The position numbers were made by a program, and so were the translations under genes. Of a stretch of DNA of 64,000 bases, positions 19,204-28,438 are shown piece after piece. Under the pieces are notes generated by a model. It made no database searches. It was not told where the DNA came from and saw only the letters and a program-made list of their open reading frames with translations. Within the stretch, counting starts at the first letter, position 1. Each line of letters starts with the position of its first letter. The DNA lies in the NCBI GenBank assembly GCA_020846535.1, contig JADLDR010000140.1, positions 14,253-78,252 on the forward strand, given 5' to 3'. This DNA is from Armatimonadota bacterium (lineage in GTDB: Bacteria > Armatimonadota > JADLDR01).

Positions 19204-20505
19204 ATGACGCGGAGGCAATTGGTGAAATCGCTGCTGGCAGTTCCTTTTCTGGGCGCGGCCTGCGCTTCCGGCGGTTCGGAATACCGGCAGGAAGGCTCCG
19301 GCCCCGGAAAATTCGTTCTGGGGGTTCCGCTCACCCATTCGGATTGGGTGCTGAGGGAAGGGGTTCCTTTCGGGGAGGAGGGCGTGCGCCACATGCTCGA
19401 TGCCTGCAAAGCCTGCGGATGGTCTCGCATCTACTGGCGCGTCCTCGACAGCGGGAACGCCCTCTATAAGAGCAAACTGCGCGACCCTATGGGCGCGCCC
19501 GATGCCGACACTATCTTCAATCCCATCCGCCCGGAGGATAAGGTCTGGACTCAGAGCATGTCTGAGGAGGCCCGGGCCGGGATTCTCAAAAAGATGGCCG
19601 CCTGGGATTACGCCCATTTCGATACCCTCGCCTCCGCGGTGCGCTACGGGTGCCGGATCGGTCTGGAAATCCACGCCTGGGTGACGATCAATGAGGACGA
19701 CCACGGCTGGGGCTGGGTCAGCCGGTTTTCCAGAGCGCACTCTGAATTTCGCTGGAGACGCCGGGACGGCTCGTTCTATCGCTCGCAACTGAGCTTCGCC
19801 TTCCCGGAGGTCAGGCGGCACAAACTGGCGATCATCGAGGAGATCGCTCGCGGTTACGATGTGGACGGCTTCTTCATCGACTGGCTCCGCACCGGCGATG
19901 TGCGGGACAATCCGCAGACCGATCCCGAGGGGGTCGCCAACTACGGCTACGAGGAGCCGCTGGTCAAGGGCTTCCAGGCCCGCTATCGCATCGACCCGCA
20001 TACGATCCCCAACGGTGACGACCGGTGGGTGGGCTTCCGCGCCCGGCCCCAGACGCTTTTTATGCGGTCCGTCCGCAAAAATCTGCGGTTCCTCAAGCCC
20101 GGCCTTCCTCTATCGGTCATGGTAGCCCATCCCTGGTGCTACCGCGGCTATCAGAACAAGATCGACGGCAGCCTGAAGGGGATGCTGCTCGATGTCGGGA
20201 CTTGGGCGCGGGAGGGCCTGATCGATGAGGCGGTCGCCGCCGGTTATTATATGGACGGGGGCACGCCGGAAAAGGCTTACCAATCCCTCAAAGCGGAAAC
20301 AGGCGGCAAAGCCAATATCTGGCTCTACGGTTGGGTTCCCGAAACGGCGGAAGGCTTCGAGGCCGACTGCGCCCTGGCGGCCAGACTCGGCGCGGGCCAG
20401 ATACTCTTCTGGGAAGCCGACTACATCGATGGCCGCGCCAACAAAGAGACCCTGCAACAAGCGATGCGGGAACGCTCCCGGCCTGCGAAGAGGCTGGCGC
20501 GATAG
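19204..20505 (+). CDS. Exported glycoside-hydrolase-like TIM-barrel protein (GHL10/DUF4015-like; weak)
   Basis: Tat/lipoprotein-like leader MTRRQLVKSLLAVPFLGAACASG with an AGGAG ribosome-binding site. The body contains IHAWVTINED and VDGFFIDWLR. The family call rests on recollection only. Confidence 0.4.
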   Translation: MTRRQLVKSLLAVPFLGAACASGGSEYRQEGSGPGKFVLGVPLTHSDWVLREGVPFGEEGVRHMLDACKACGWSRIYWRVLDSGNALYKSKLRDPMGAPDADTIFNPIRPEDKVWTQSMSEEARAGILKKMAAWDYAHFDTLASAVRYGCRIGLEIHAWVTINEDDHGWGWVSRFSRAHSEFRWRRRDGSFYRSQLSFAFPEVRRHKLAIIEEIARGYDVDGFFIDWLRTGDVRDNPQTDPEGVANYGYEEPLVKGFQARYRIDPHTIPNGDDRWVGFRARPQTLFMRSVRKNLRFLKPGLPLSVMVAHPWCYRGYQNKIDGSLKGMLLDVGTWAREGLIDEAVAAGYYMDGGTPEKAYQSLKAETGGKANIWLYGWVPETAEGFEADCALAARLGAGQILFWEADYIDGRANKETLQQAMRERSRPAKRLAR

Positions 20506-20547
20506 AAAAAGCTCCGAGAAGATAGTATCATATACAGAACGATACCC

Positions 20548-21492
20548 ATGGGACACTGTATATCCGCACCGGATGGCCAGGCGCAGCAATACATTGAATT
20601 TCTTCAAGAGAAGCGGATTGAAGACCCCTCACAGGTGATCGAAGCTTTTTTTTCGCGTCCGGGCAGCATCTCATTGCTGCTTCTCCTGGATCAGATCGAT
20701 ACCCTGAAAGGCTTTCTCGACGGCTTTCGGCCCTTTCCAGCAACCATAACGGCGGAGTTGAAGCATCTTTATGATGTGCGCTTTACCTATCACACCAACG
20801 CCCTGGAGGGAAATACCCTCACCCAGAGCGAAACCGAGATGGTGATGGAGAAGGGGATCACGGTCGGCGGCAAGAGCCTTCGGGAACATCTGGAAGTGAT
20901 CGGCCACAAAGAAGCTATCGATTATATGGAGGAATTGGCGCGCCGGGGAGAAAGGATCGGGGAGCGCGAAATCAAGGGGCTTCACAGCCTGGTTCTGAGA
21001 GGCATCGACCGGAAAGAAGCGGGCCGATACCGAATGATTGATGTAAAGGCCGCCGGGACAGAACACACTTACCCGCCCCACTACCGCCTGTCGGAACTGA
21101 TGGAAGCCTTCACCATCTGGCTTCAGGAAAAGGCCGATGGCTTGCTACATCCTGTAGAATATGCGGCAGAAGCTCATTTCCGCCTGGTCTCTATTTATCC
21201 CTTCCGGGACGGCAACGGCAGAACCGCCTGGCTGCTGATGAGTCTGCTCCTTCTGCAAAGGGGCTATCTGGTGGTCGTTATTACACATGCGCGGCGGAAA
21301 GATTACATCGACGCGCTTGCATCCGGACAGGCGCATCATAGCGACACAGGCCCCCTAACTGCACTTGTCGCCGATGCCTGTCGGGCTTCCCTTATCGACT
21401 ATCTGAGCGTGCTGTCAACAGCCGCTGAAGCCTGCGGACGCGGGACAGCCTTTTACGAAACGGTGAACGCTTTTCTCCAAAAAGCATATTAG
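20548..21492 (+). CDS. Fic-domain protein with a non-canonical active-site motif
   Basis: N-terminal inhibitory-helix-like TNALEGN. The Fic core reads IYPFRDGNGRTAWLLM, against the canonical HPFx(D/E)GNGRxxR. Confidence 0.85.
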   Translation: MGHCISAPDGQAQQYIEFLQEKRIEDPSQVIEAFFSRPGSISLLLLLDQIDTLKGFLDGFRPFPATITAELKHLYDVRFTYHTNALEGNTLTQSETEMVMEKGITVGGKSLREHLEVIGHKEAIDYMEELARRGERIGEREIKGLHSLVLRGIDRKEAGRYRMIDVKAAGTEHTYPPHYRLSELMEAFTIWLQEKADGLLHPVEYAAEAHFRLVSIYPFRDGNGRTAWLLMSLLLLQRGYLVVVITHARRKDYIDALASGQAHHSDTGPLTALVADACRASLIDYLSVLSTAAEACGRGTAFYETVNAFLQKAY

Positions 21493-21549
21493 CGTTGCGA
21501 ATGAATCTGCCTCACATGCACTCGCCTTGATAGCGGATATCACTATATT

Positions 21550-21616
21550 CAGGGCTTTCGTTCGATATGCCGCCAAGGGTAATATGCGATGGGTCGCCCT
21601 CCAAGCGAAAGTCCTG
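21550..21616. repeat. Palindromic element family, mini copy (outer arms only)
   Basis: CAGGGCTTTCGTT ... CAAGCGAAAGTCCTG. These are the same outer arms as in 33073..33216. The copy lies inside the spurious N-terminal extension of track ORF 21527..23383. Confidence 0.55.
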
Positions 21617-21643
21617 ATATATCTATGCTCAGGAGGCCATGCT

Positions 21644-23383
21644 ATGCCTGCTCACGACATCCCCCGCCCCGAATACCCCCGCCCCCAATTCGCCCGAGAC
21701 GACTGGCTCAACCTGAACGGCGAATGGGAGTTCGCCCGCGATCCGGGTCTCTCCGGGGAGGCCCGGGGCTGGCGCTCCGGCCAGAGCCTGCCGGAGCGCA
21801 TCCTGGTGCCCTTCCCGCCCGAAAGCGCTCTTTCCGGCATCGGGGACAGGGATTTCATGCCCTGCGTCTGGTACAGGCGCGCCTTCTCTCTGCCCGATAA
21901 CTGGCAGGGAAAGCGCGTTTTGCTCCACTTCGGCGCAGTGGATTACGAAACTACCGTCTGGGTCAACGGTAAAGAGGCGGGCGGACACCGGGGAGGCTAC
22001 TCCTCGTTCCACTTCGATATCACTCCGTTCCTCGGTTCTGGGGAAAACGAAATCGTGGTCCGGGCTGTGGATGATACACGCAGCCCTCTACAGCCCACCG
22101 GCAAGCAGTCTACGGAATTTGGCTCCTTCGGCTGCGTCTATACCCGTACGACCGGCATCTGGCAGACGGTCTGGCTGGAGGCGGTTCCGGAAGTTTACCT
22201 GCGCTCCACCCGCCTCATTCCGGACCTGGACGGCGGGCAGATCATCATACAGGCCCGCATCGAGGGCAAGGTCAGGCGTCACAGGCTGAGCGCCCGCGCC
22301 TCGGCGGAAGGCGCTCTCTGTGGCGAGGTAGCCGGCTCTATCTCCGGAAGCAACGCCCTACTCATCCTGCCCCTGAAAGGAGGCCGCCTCTGGTCGCCGG
22401 AAGACCCCTTCCTTTACGACCTCGACTTCACTCTGGAAAGCGACAGGGGACCGGGGGACCGCGTACAAAGCTACTTCGGAATGCGAAAGATCCACCTGGA
22501 GGGTCTTGCGGTCTGCCTGAACGGTCAGCCTCTCTTCCAGCGGCTGGTGCTGGACCAGGGGTTCTACCCGGACGGCATCTACACAGCCTCTTCCGATGAC
22601 GCCCTCCGCCGCGATATCGAGATTTCGCAGGGCTTGGGCTTCAATGGAGCGAGGCTCCATGAAAAGGTCTTCGAGCCGCGGTTCCTCTACTGGGCGGATA
22701 AGCTGGGCTATCTGGTCTGGGGTGAATATCCGAACTGGGGGCTGGATCACAGCCATCCCGAAGCCCTGGAGCGGATGATACCGGAATGGCTGGAAGTGCT
22801 GGAGCGCGACTACAACCATCCCAGCATCGTCGGCTGGTGTCCCTTCAACGAAACGCTACGGAGCCAGAACCCCTGGCTCCTCCGCACCATCTACCGGGCC
22901 ACCAAAGTCGCCGACCCCACCCGGCCCGTCATCGATACCAGCGGCTACCGGCATGTCGAAACCGATATCTACGACTGCCATAATTACGAGCAGGACCCGG
23001 AAAGGTTCGCCGCCGCCTACCGCCCCTTTGCCGAAGGCGGCCCGATCTGGCAGAACGACCCGGACCATGAGGCGCCCTATGCCGATCAGCCCTATTTCGT
23101 CAGCGAATATGGCGGGACATGGTGGAACCCGGACGCCCGGGAAGCCGACGCCTGGGGCTACGGTAACCGCCCGGCGACCTCCGAGGAGTTTCTCGCTCGC
23201 TACCGCGCCCTGACCGAATCGCTCCTCTTCCATCCGAAGATGTGCGCTTTCTGCTACACCCAGCTTTACGATGTGGAGCAGGAAGTCAACGGCCTCTACA
23301 CATACGACCGCCGCCCCAAATTCGACCCGGCGCTTTTCCATGCCATCAACACGCAAAAAGCGGCTATCGAGGAAGAGGGATAA
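21644..23383 (+). CDS. Glycoside hydrolase family 2 protein
   Basis: Trimmed to ATG 21644 (AGGAGG upstream). Sequence includes PRPEYPRPQF..WLNLNGEWEF, WYRRAFSLPDNWQGKRVLLHFGAVDYETTVWVNGKEAGGHRGGYSSF and NHPSIVGWCPFNE. Confidence 0.85.
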   Translation: MPAHDIPRPEYPRPQFARDDWLNLNGEWEFARDPGLSGEARGWRSGQSLPERILVPFPPESALSGIGDRDFMPCVWYRRAFSLPDNWQGKRVLLHFGAVDYETTVWVNGKEAGGHRGGYSSFHFDITPFLGSGENEIVVRAVDDTRSPLQPTGKQSTEFGSFGCVYTRTTGIWQTVWLEAVPEVYLRSTRLIPDLDGGQIIIQARIEGKVRRHRLSARASAEGALCGEVAGSISGSNALLILPLKGGRLWSPEDPFLYDLDFTLESDRGPGDRVQSYFGMRKIHLEGLAVCLNGQPLFQRLVLDQGFYPDGIYTASSDDALRRDIEISQGLGFNGARLHEKVFEPRFLYWADKLGYLVWGEYPNWGLDHSHPEALERMIPEWLEVLERDYNHPSIVGWCPFNETLRSQNPWLLRTIYRATKVADPTRPVIDTSGYRHVETDIYDCHNYEQDPERFAAAYRPFAEGGPIWQNDPDHEAPYADQPYFVSEYGGTWWNPDAREADAWGYGNRPATSEEFLARYRALTESLLFHPKMCAFCYTQLYDVEQEVNGLYTYDRRPKFDPALFHAINTQKAAIEEEG

Positions 23384-23602
23384 TATAGGCTTTCCCTCTG
23401 CATATCGAGGCCAACCCTAAAAGTCTTGTAACATAGAAGTAAACGGTCCATAGGCTATTTCGAGGGACCGAAAAGCACCCGTCTCTCGGCCCCTCGAAAT
23501 AGCCGGTCCTGCCGGGAACCGGATTCCTGGAAAAAAATGTCTATATTATAGACGGCATCGGAGCAAACGCTCTGCGCTTTGACCGGGAGAAAGGAGCCTG
23601 GC

Positions 23603-23794
23603 ATGGATTTGCTCCTCTGTGACCGCCAGGGCCGGGAGCGCGCCCTTTTCGAGATCGATGCCTCCAACAGCCCCGGCCTTCCCCTCTGGGACACCGGAAC
23701 CGAAGACCAAGTCCTCCTCGAAGTCGAGCCGGAGGGCCGATCCGGCCTGGCCCTCTCCAACCAAAAGGGAAACCCTATCTGGAAATCCAAATAA
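23603..23794 (+). CDS. Small repeat protein (63 aa), hypothetical
   Basis: GAAAGGAG lies 6 nt upstream of ATG 23603. The sequence shows an internal L-x-L-x-D-x-x-G periodicity (LLLCDRQGRERALFEI / LPLWDTGTEDQVLLEV / LALSNQKGNPIW), as seen in small beta-repeat proteins. Confidence 0.45.
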   Translation: MDLLLCDRQGRERALFEIDASNSPGLPLWDTGTEDQVLLEVEPEGRSGLALSNQKGNPIWKSK

Positions 23795-23815
23795 CAGCAA
23801 GCGGCAGGCCGCTTC

Positions 23816-25120
23816 TCACCGCTTCGCGACCTTCCCCTCCGATTTCATGAAGAATTTTAGGGCCGCGACCTGGGACTGGCGGGCGAAGTCGATGGATTCG
23901 GCCAGCAGGCGGGCGGACTCCTGGGGGCTGTGAAAGCCCATGCTGTTCTCGGAATTCATAAAATCCCACCGGAACTGGGCGCGTCTGTGGAGGTGGCGAG
24001 CTTCCTGGAGGGCGCTGTCGCTTGCGCCTGCACTTTTGGCGGCTTTGATGGCATCGACAGCGGCAAGGATGGCGGTTTCGGACTGGCTCAGGAGCTTTTT
24101 CGTCCGGTCCTGGATGGTCAGCACCCGGTCCTTCATCTCTTTTTCATCCCAGCGATGGCAGGTCTCGCAGGCGGCGGCGATATTGACCAGCGGGCTCCGC
24201 ACCCAGTGGTCCGATATCTTCTGGGAGCCGATCCGCTTGAAGGGCATGTGGCAGTCCGCGCAGGAGACCCCGCTCCGGGCGTGAATCCCTGTGTTCCACA
24301 GCTCGAATTCGGGATGCTGGGCCTTGATCATCTTGGCCCCGCTCTCCTTGTGTTCCCAGTCCTTGAATTCGAGGGCCTCGTAATAGGCCTCGATATCGTC
24401 CACCCGGAAGCCATTTTTCCAGGGGAAGCGGAGAACGGGCTTGGCTTTACTCTCGAAATAATATTCCACATGGCACTGCCCGCACACATAAGAGCGCATT
24501 TCCTGTCGGGTGGCTTTGCTGAGATCGACCCCACGCTCCTTCATGGCGGACAGGAAGGCCGGGTTGGCGGGGCGAAGCTCCATGGTTTTGGGATCGTGGC
24601 AGTTGAGGCAACTGATAGGGTGCTTGGTGGTCTTGGCGAGTTCCACCATGGAGGTTGTATAGAACTTCTCCGGGCCGATTTCGCTCCAGAGCTTGACATT
24701 GGCGCTGCTCTTGCAGCTCATACAGGTGCCGGGCTTTTTCTTCCCGAGCCGTTTCGTCGCCAGCACGTCCACCAGCGCCCAGCCGTGTCCCCGCTCCTCC
24801 TTGTAGTCCTCGCTGAAGGGATAGCCTGCGTAGAGCCGCTTGAGATTGGGATTTTCGGCCAGGCGGTCGCGCTGCTCGCTTCCCCCGTACCGGGTGCGCC
24901 CGTAGTTATCGGTGGTGTGCTTCCACCCGTCGTACTGCTCCGGGAAATTGTGGCCCCAGACTTGCGGATCGGTCTCGAACCGGGCTATCGGAACGACATT
25001 GAAGAAGCGGTCCCGCCCCTCCTGCTTGCGCTGGAAGATGTTGAGCAGCAGCGCCGCCACCAGCGCGACCCCGACTGCCGAGACGACGAACAAGGTCAGA
25101 TATATCCTATTGCCGGTCAT
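23816..25120 (-). CDS. nrfA: Cytochrome c nitrite reductase, pentaheme catalytic subunit NrfA
   Basis: Five heme sites: CMSCK (the diagnostic CxxCK), CLNCH, CGQCH, CADCH and CETCH. N-terminal membrane/signal helix present. Confidence 0.9.
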   Translation of the reverse strand: MTGNRIYLTLFVVSAVGVALVAALLLNIFQRKQEGRDRFFNVVPIARFETDPQVWGHNFPEQYDGWKHTTDNYGRTRYGGSEQRDRLAENPNLKRLYAGYPFSEDYKEERGHGWALVDVLATKRLGKKKPGTCMSCKSSANVKLWSEIGPEKFYTTSMVELAKTTKHPISCLNCHDPKTMELRPANPAFLSAMKERGVDLSKATRQEMRSYVCGQCHVEYYFESKAKPVLRFPWKNGFRVDDIEAYYEALEFKDWEHKESGAKMIKAQHPEFELWNTGIHARSGVSCADCHMPFKRIGSQKISDHWVRSPLVNIAAACETCHRWDEKEMKDRVLTIQDRTKKLLSQSETAILAAVDAIKAAKSAGASDSALQEARHLHRRAQFRWDFMNSENSMGFHSPQESARLLAESIDFARQSQVAALKFFMKSEGKVAKR

Positions 25121-25135
25121 GCTTTCTCCTTTTCA

Positions 25136-25582
25136 TCACCATCGATGCCCGACGCGCCGGTGGCAGCCGGAACACGAGAGGTTCTCTCCATGCTGCCCCT
25201 GGATCGCTGCTGTCAGATGCCCATGACACCTCTTGCAGTTCTCCTCCACCACGCGCAGGTTGCCCGGCGTGATGCGGATCGGCTCCCTGAAATTCCCCAG
25301 AGTGAAATACGCGCTGTGGCGGAACCCGTTGGAGGCTTTCACCCTATATTTGGGCACGAGCGAGTGAGGGGTATGGCAATCGTTGCAGGCGGCTACCGTG
25401 TGATGGCTGGAGTTCTGCCAGGCGTCATACTGGGGCCTCATGATGTGGCAGTTCACGCAGGCCCGGGGGTCGTTGGAAAGATAGGAATGGCCTGACGCAT
25501 AGTAAAAGGTATATCCCCCCAGCCCAGCGAACATCCCCAGCGTTACCGCGCACCACCGTTTCAGCCGATGCCATCCGTTCAA
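25136..25582 (-). CDS. nrfH: Tetraheme NapC/NirT-family quinol dehydrogenase NrfH
   Basis: Four CxxCH motifs (CVNCH, CNDCH, CKRCH, CSGCH) and an N-terminal TM helix. TTG start with GAGGTG 5 nt upstream. Ends 15 nt before nrfA. Confidence 0.85.
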   Translation of the reverse strand: MNGWHRLKRWCAVTLGMFAGLGGYTFYYASGHSYLSNDPRACVNCHIMRPQYDAWQNSSHHTVAACNDCHTPHSLVPKYRVKASNGFRHSAYFTLGNFREPIRITPGNLRVVEENCKRCHGHLTAAIQGQHGENLSCSGCHRRVGHRW

Positions 25583-25710
25583 TAAAGCACCTCACACTCG
25601 ATCACTTCTGTTCTATCTGTTCGCGGTCTGCGAAGCGATTCCTTCCTTTAAAATAAACATTGCTATATTTCGCTCAAATAAGAATTTCTAGGCTGCATGG
25701 ATAAAGTCGT

Positions 25711-25830
25711 ATCGATGCAGTCTGCGAGGAGCGTTAGCGACGCGGCAATCTCCGGACTTACAAATAGCCGAAGCGCTCTTGGCATTTGAAAGCCTGGAGA
25801 TGGCTTCGTCGCTTCGCTCCTCTCAAGGAC
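25711..25830. repeat. Palindromic intergenic element family, complete copy
   Basis: ATCGATGCAGTCTGCGAGGAGCGTTAGCGACGCGGCAATCTCCGG, a roughly 37-nt spacer, then CCTGGAGATGGCTTCGTCGCTTCGCTCCTCTCAAGGAC. Confidence 0.85.
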
Positions 25831-25853
25831 AGACCCACATCTTTTTCCCTATT

Positions 25854-27983
25854 TCAGATCCCATCATCCGCCTGCTGAGTCCGGTTGATGATCATTTCCT
25901 GCCATTCCCGGTTCAGGGTGACGAAGCGGGCCGACCAGCCGGAGACGCGGACAGAGAGATTGCGGTGACGCTCCGGATGCTGCTGGGCCTCCCGGAGGAT
26001 GCGGTTATCGATGACATCGATATGGAGGAAGATGCCGCCCAGGGCGACGAAGCTCCTCATCAGGGCCGTCAGCGTTTCCAGGCCGCGCTCGCCTTCCACG
26101 CTGGCGGGCAGCATTTTCAGTTCCAGGGCCGTGCCGCTGGTGAGTCGCAACAGGTCCATCGCGCAGTGGGAGCGGATCACCGCGGTCGGCCCCTCCCGGT
26201 CGGTTCCGGGGGAGGGGGAGAAGTTGGTCGCCAGCAGTTGCCCGGCCCGATGGCCGTCCGCAGTTGCCCCGCGCCCGCCCCGCCAGGCGATCTCCCGCCC
26301 GAATGTGCTGACTCCCGGAGGGCGCAGAACGCCGTTTCGTTCTTTGACCGCTCCGACCAGGGCCAGAAAATCATCGAAGACCCGCTTTGCCATCCGGTCG
26401 GCATCCGGGGAGTCGTTGCCGTAGAATTCGGCCCGGCTGAGGGTGGCCCGGCGCAGGTCGTCCTGCCCTTCCCAGTCGGCCCGCAGGATTCGAACCAGTT
26501 CGCGCAGGAGGAATTTCTTCTGCTCATGGACAAGCCGCCGGACCGCCAGGAGGCTGTTAGCGGTATCGGAGAGGCCGCCCGCGTGGGGGGAAGAGGCGTT
26601 ATAACGCGCTCCACGATCATAATAGCCTCTCCCTTTTCCGATGCAATCCTCCTCAAGAAGCGAGATGAGGGTGGCCGGGTGCGCTCCGGTGGCATGGCGG
26701 TCGGCCTCCCCGTGGATGGCCTCGATCCGCTCCGCCAGCTTTTGATGGAAGGCGGCGTAAAGGCTGTCGAAGCTTTCGTAATCGGGGCTATCGCCCGAAC
26801 CGCTCACGCCCAGAGTTTCCTGAAGGAGAGACAGCGTATCGAAAGGGCGGTAGATGAAATTCGTTTTGCCGGGAATCTGGATTTCCCAGCAGCCGTCGTT
26901 GGCGAACTGGCAGGCCTCCTCCAGCGGGTAGCCGAAGCGGACCAGGCTTTCGATGATCAGGTTTTCGTTATAAACGGCGACGACTCCGCCTCCGCACCGC
27001 TGCACCTCCGCGATCCGGCGCAGGAGCCGGGCCGGTGAATCCGGGTTGATCCTGACCGCGATGGGAAAATCGCTGATCGCCAGCTCCTCCACCACATCCA
27101 GCGCCAGGTAGGTTACCTCGTTCGTGATATCGTTCCCCTCCCGGTCGATACCGGAGAGGACGATATTCTGATAGTGCTGTGCGTCTCCCGATCCTCCGAA
27201 GGCATCCGCTCCGATCCAATCGCAGCCCTTGATCCAGAAATGGGCGATCATCTCGCGGGCTTCGTCGAGCGTAATACGGCCTGCCGCAAGGTCTTGGTCA
27301 AGATAAGGCCCCAGCATTTGGTCGATCCTGCCGATCCCGGGCCAGTTGCCGCAGAGCCGCTGGAACGCGAAAAGGAATCAGAGCGATTGAACGGCTTCCC
27401 GGAATGTGGACGGTGGGTTTTTCGGCACATTCCGCAGGTTTTCGCGCACTTCCCGATAAACAGCCTGCTCCCGGCCCACGGAGCGGGCTGCCAGGTCATC
27501 CAGAATCCGGATATGCCGTCTGTGCCAGAGGGCGGCGGCATCCAGGCAGAGGAGCATCGCCTCCAGCAGATCGACGCCTTTCGCGTCCAGGCCGCCGCAG
27601 GCCAGACGTTCCTCAATCTCCTGCCGGAGGCCGCGGTAGCCGATGCGAAGCGCCCTGTCGAAGCCCGGCGTCAGGTGGCTCACGCTGCCGAAGTCGATTT
27701 TGCCGTCCCTGTAGACCGGGACAGCGTGGTGGGCCGCCATCTTGAGGGTGGCGGAGCCGGCCATCCGCTCCATTGGCAGGACGCGCAGGGGACATTCTTC
27801 GGCGATCAGCTTGACGCTGTGGGCGTACCGCATCTCATCGGACAGCCCTTCCAGGCTGGTCCGGCCATCCAGGGTGAGGGGCATGTCCTCCAGAGACCTT
27901 CCCCACTCTCCGGCAAGCGCCCGTTTCGCTATCTCGTGTGTCTACGTGGACAAACGGCGCATTTTTTCCAGGGCGGCTAACAT
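25854..27983 (-). pseudogene. Glycyl radical enzyme (PFL/glycerol-dehydratase-like) interrupted by in-frame TAG and TGA
   Basis: Track ORFs 27378..27884 and 25854..27317 share one frame and are separated by TGA (27378-27380). A further in-frame TAG (27942-27944) follows ATG 27983 (MLAALEKMRRLST*THEIAKRAL..). Family hallmarks are ANDGCWE (Cys loop) and the C-terminal RVSGWSARF glycyl-radical motif. Confidence 0.7.
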
Positions 27984-28127
27984 GAGAAATGTCCTTTCGA
28001 TGGATGTTTAGTATTCCACAAAGTTTTTTTCGATAAAGAACCGGAAATCCCTTCCTGAAACGCCTCGCAGCGAAGAGGAGAAGCGGCCCGGGCCTGGAAT
28101 CAATAATCTTACCCTGAAAAGGTATCC

Positions 28128-28428
28128 ATGCCTACCATCTCATTCGATCTGGGCGGAACGCTGGCCCGCTATTATGAGCGCCCGGAGTTTCTGGGCATTT
28201 TGAGGCAGGCGATCTGCGGGGCGATGGATTATCTGCGCCGGGAACGAATGCCGTTCGCCTCGGAAGAGGCCGTTTGCCGGCGATGACCCCCGCTGGGATA
28301 TCGCCGGCCCGAGAGAGGCCGGGATGCGGGCCGTCCTGATCAATCGAACAGGAGCGCCGCAGGAGGCGAGAGTAGCGTCCATCCGTTCGCTGGACGAACT
28401 GACGAAAATATTAGAATTCTTTCGATGA
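28128..28428 (+). pseudogene. HAD-superfamily hydrolase remnant (internal deletion plus frameshift)
   Basis: My translation gives MPTISFDLGGTLARYYE...MPFASEEAV. At about 28275 the frame shifts to FAGDDPRWDIAGPREAGMRAVLINR...LDELTKILEFFR*. Motif I and the terminal GDD-x-x-DI-x-GA-x-x-AGM block are present. The roughly 120-aa cap/core between them is missing. Confidence 0.6.
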
Positions 28429-28438
28429 GGTGAGTACC

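Noticed and set aside
25583-25710. An FNR/CRP-type or NsrR-type operator upstream of nrfH
   Set aside because: I found only weak half-site matches (for example TTGAGCGAAATATAG). Nothing approaches TTGAT-N4-ATCAA, so no site is reported.
27378-27944. Reading the in-frame TGA as selenocysteine and the TAG as pyrrolysine in the glycyl radical enzyme
   Set aside because: - The TGA replaces a conserved Trp, not a Cys or redox residue.
- Two different stop codons occur in one gene.
- No sel or pyl genes are visible.
- TGA and TAG serve as ordinary stops throughout the window.
Pseudogene or sequencing error is more parsimonious.
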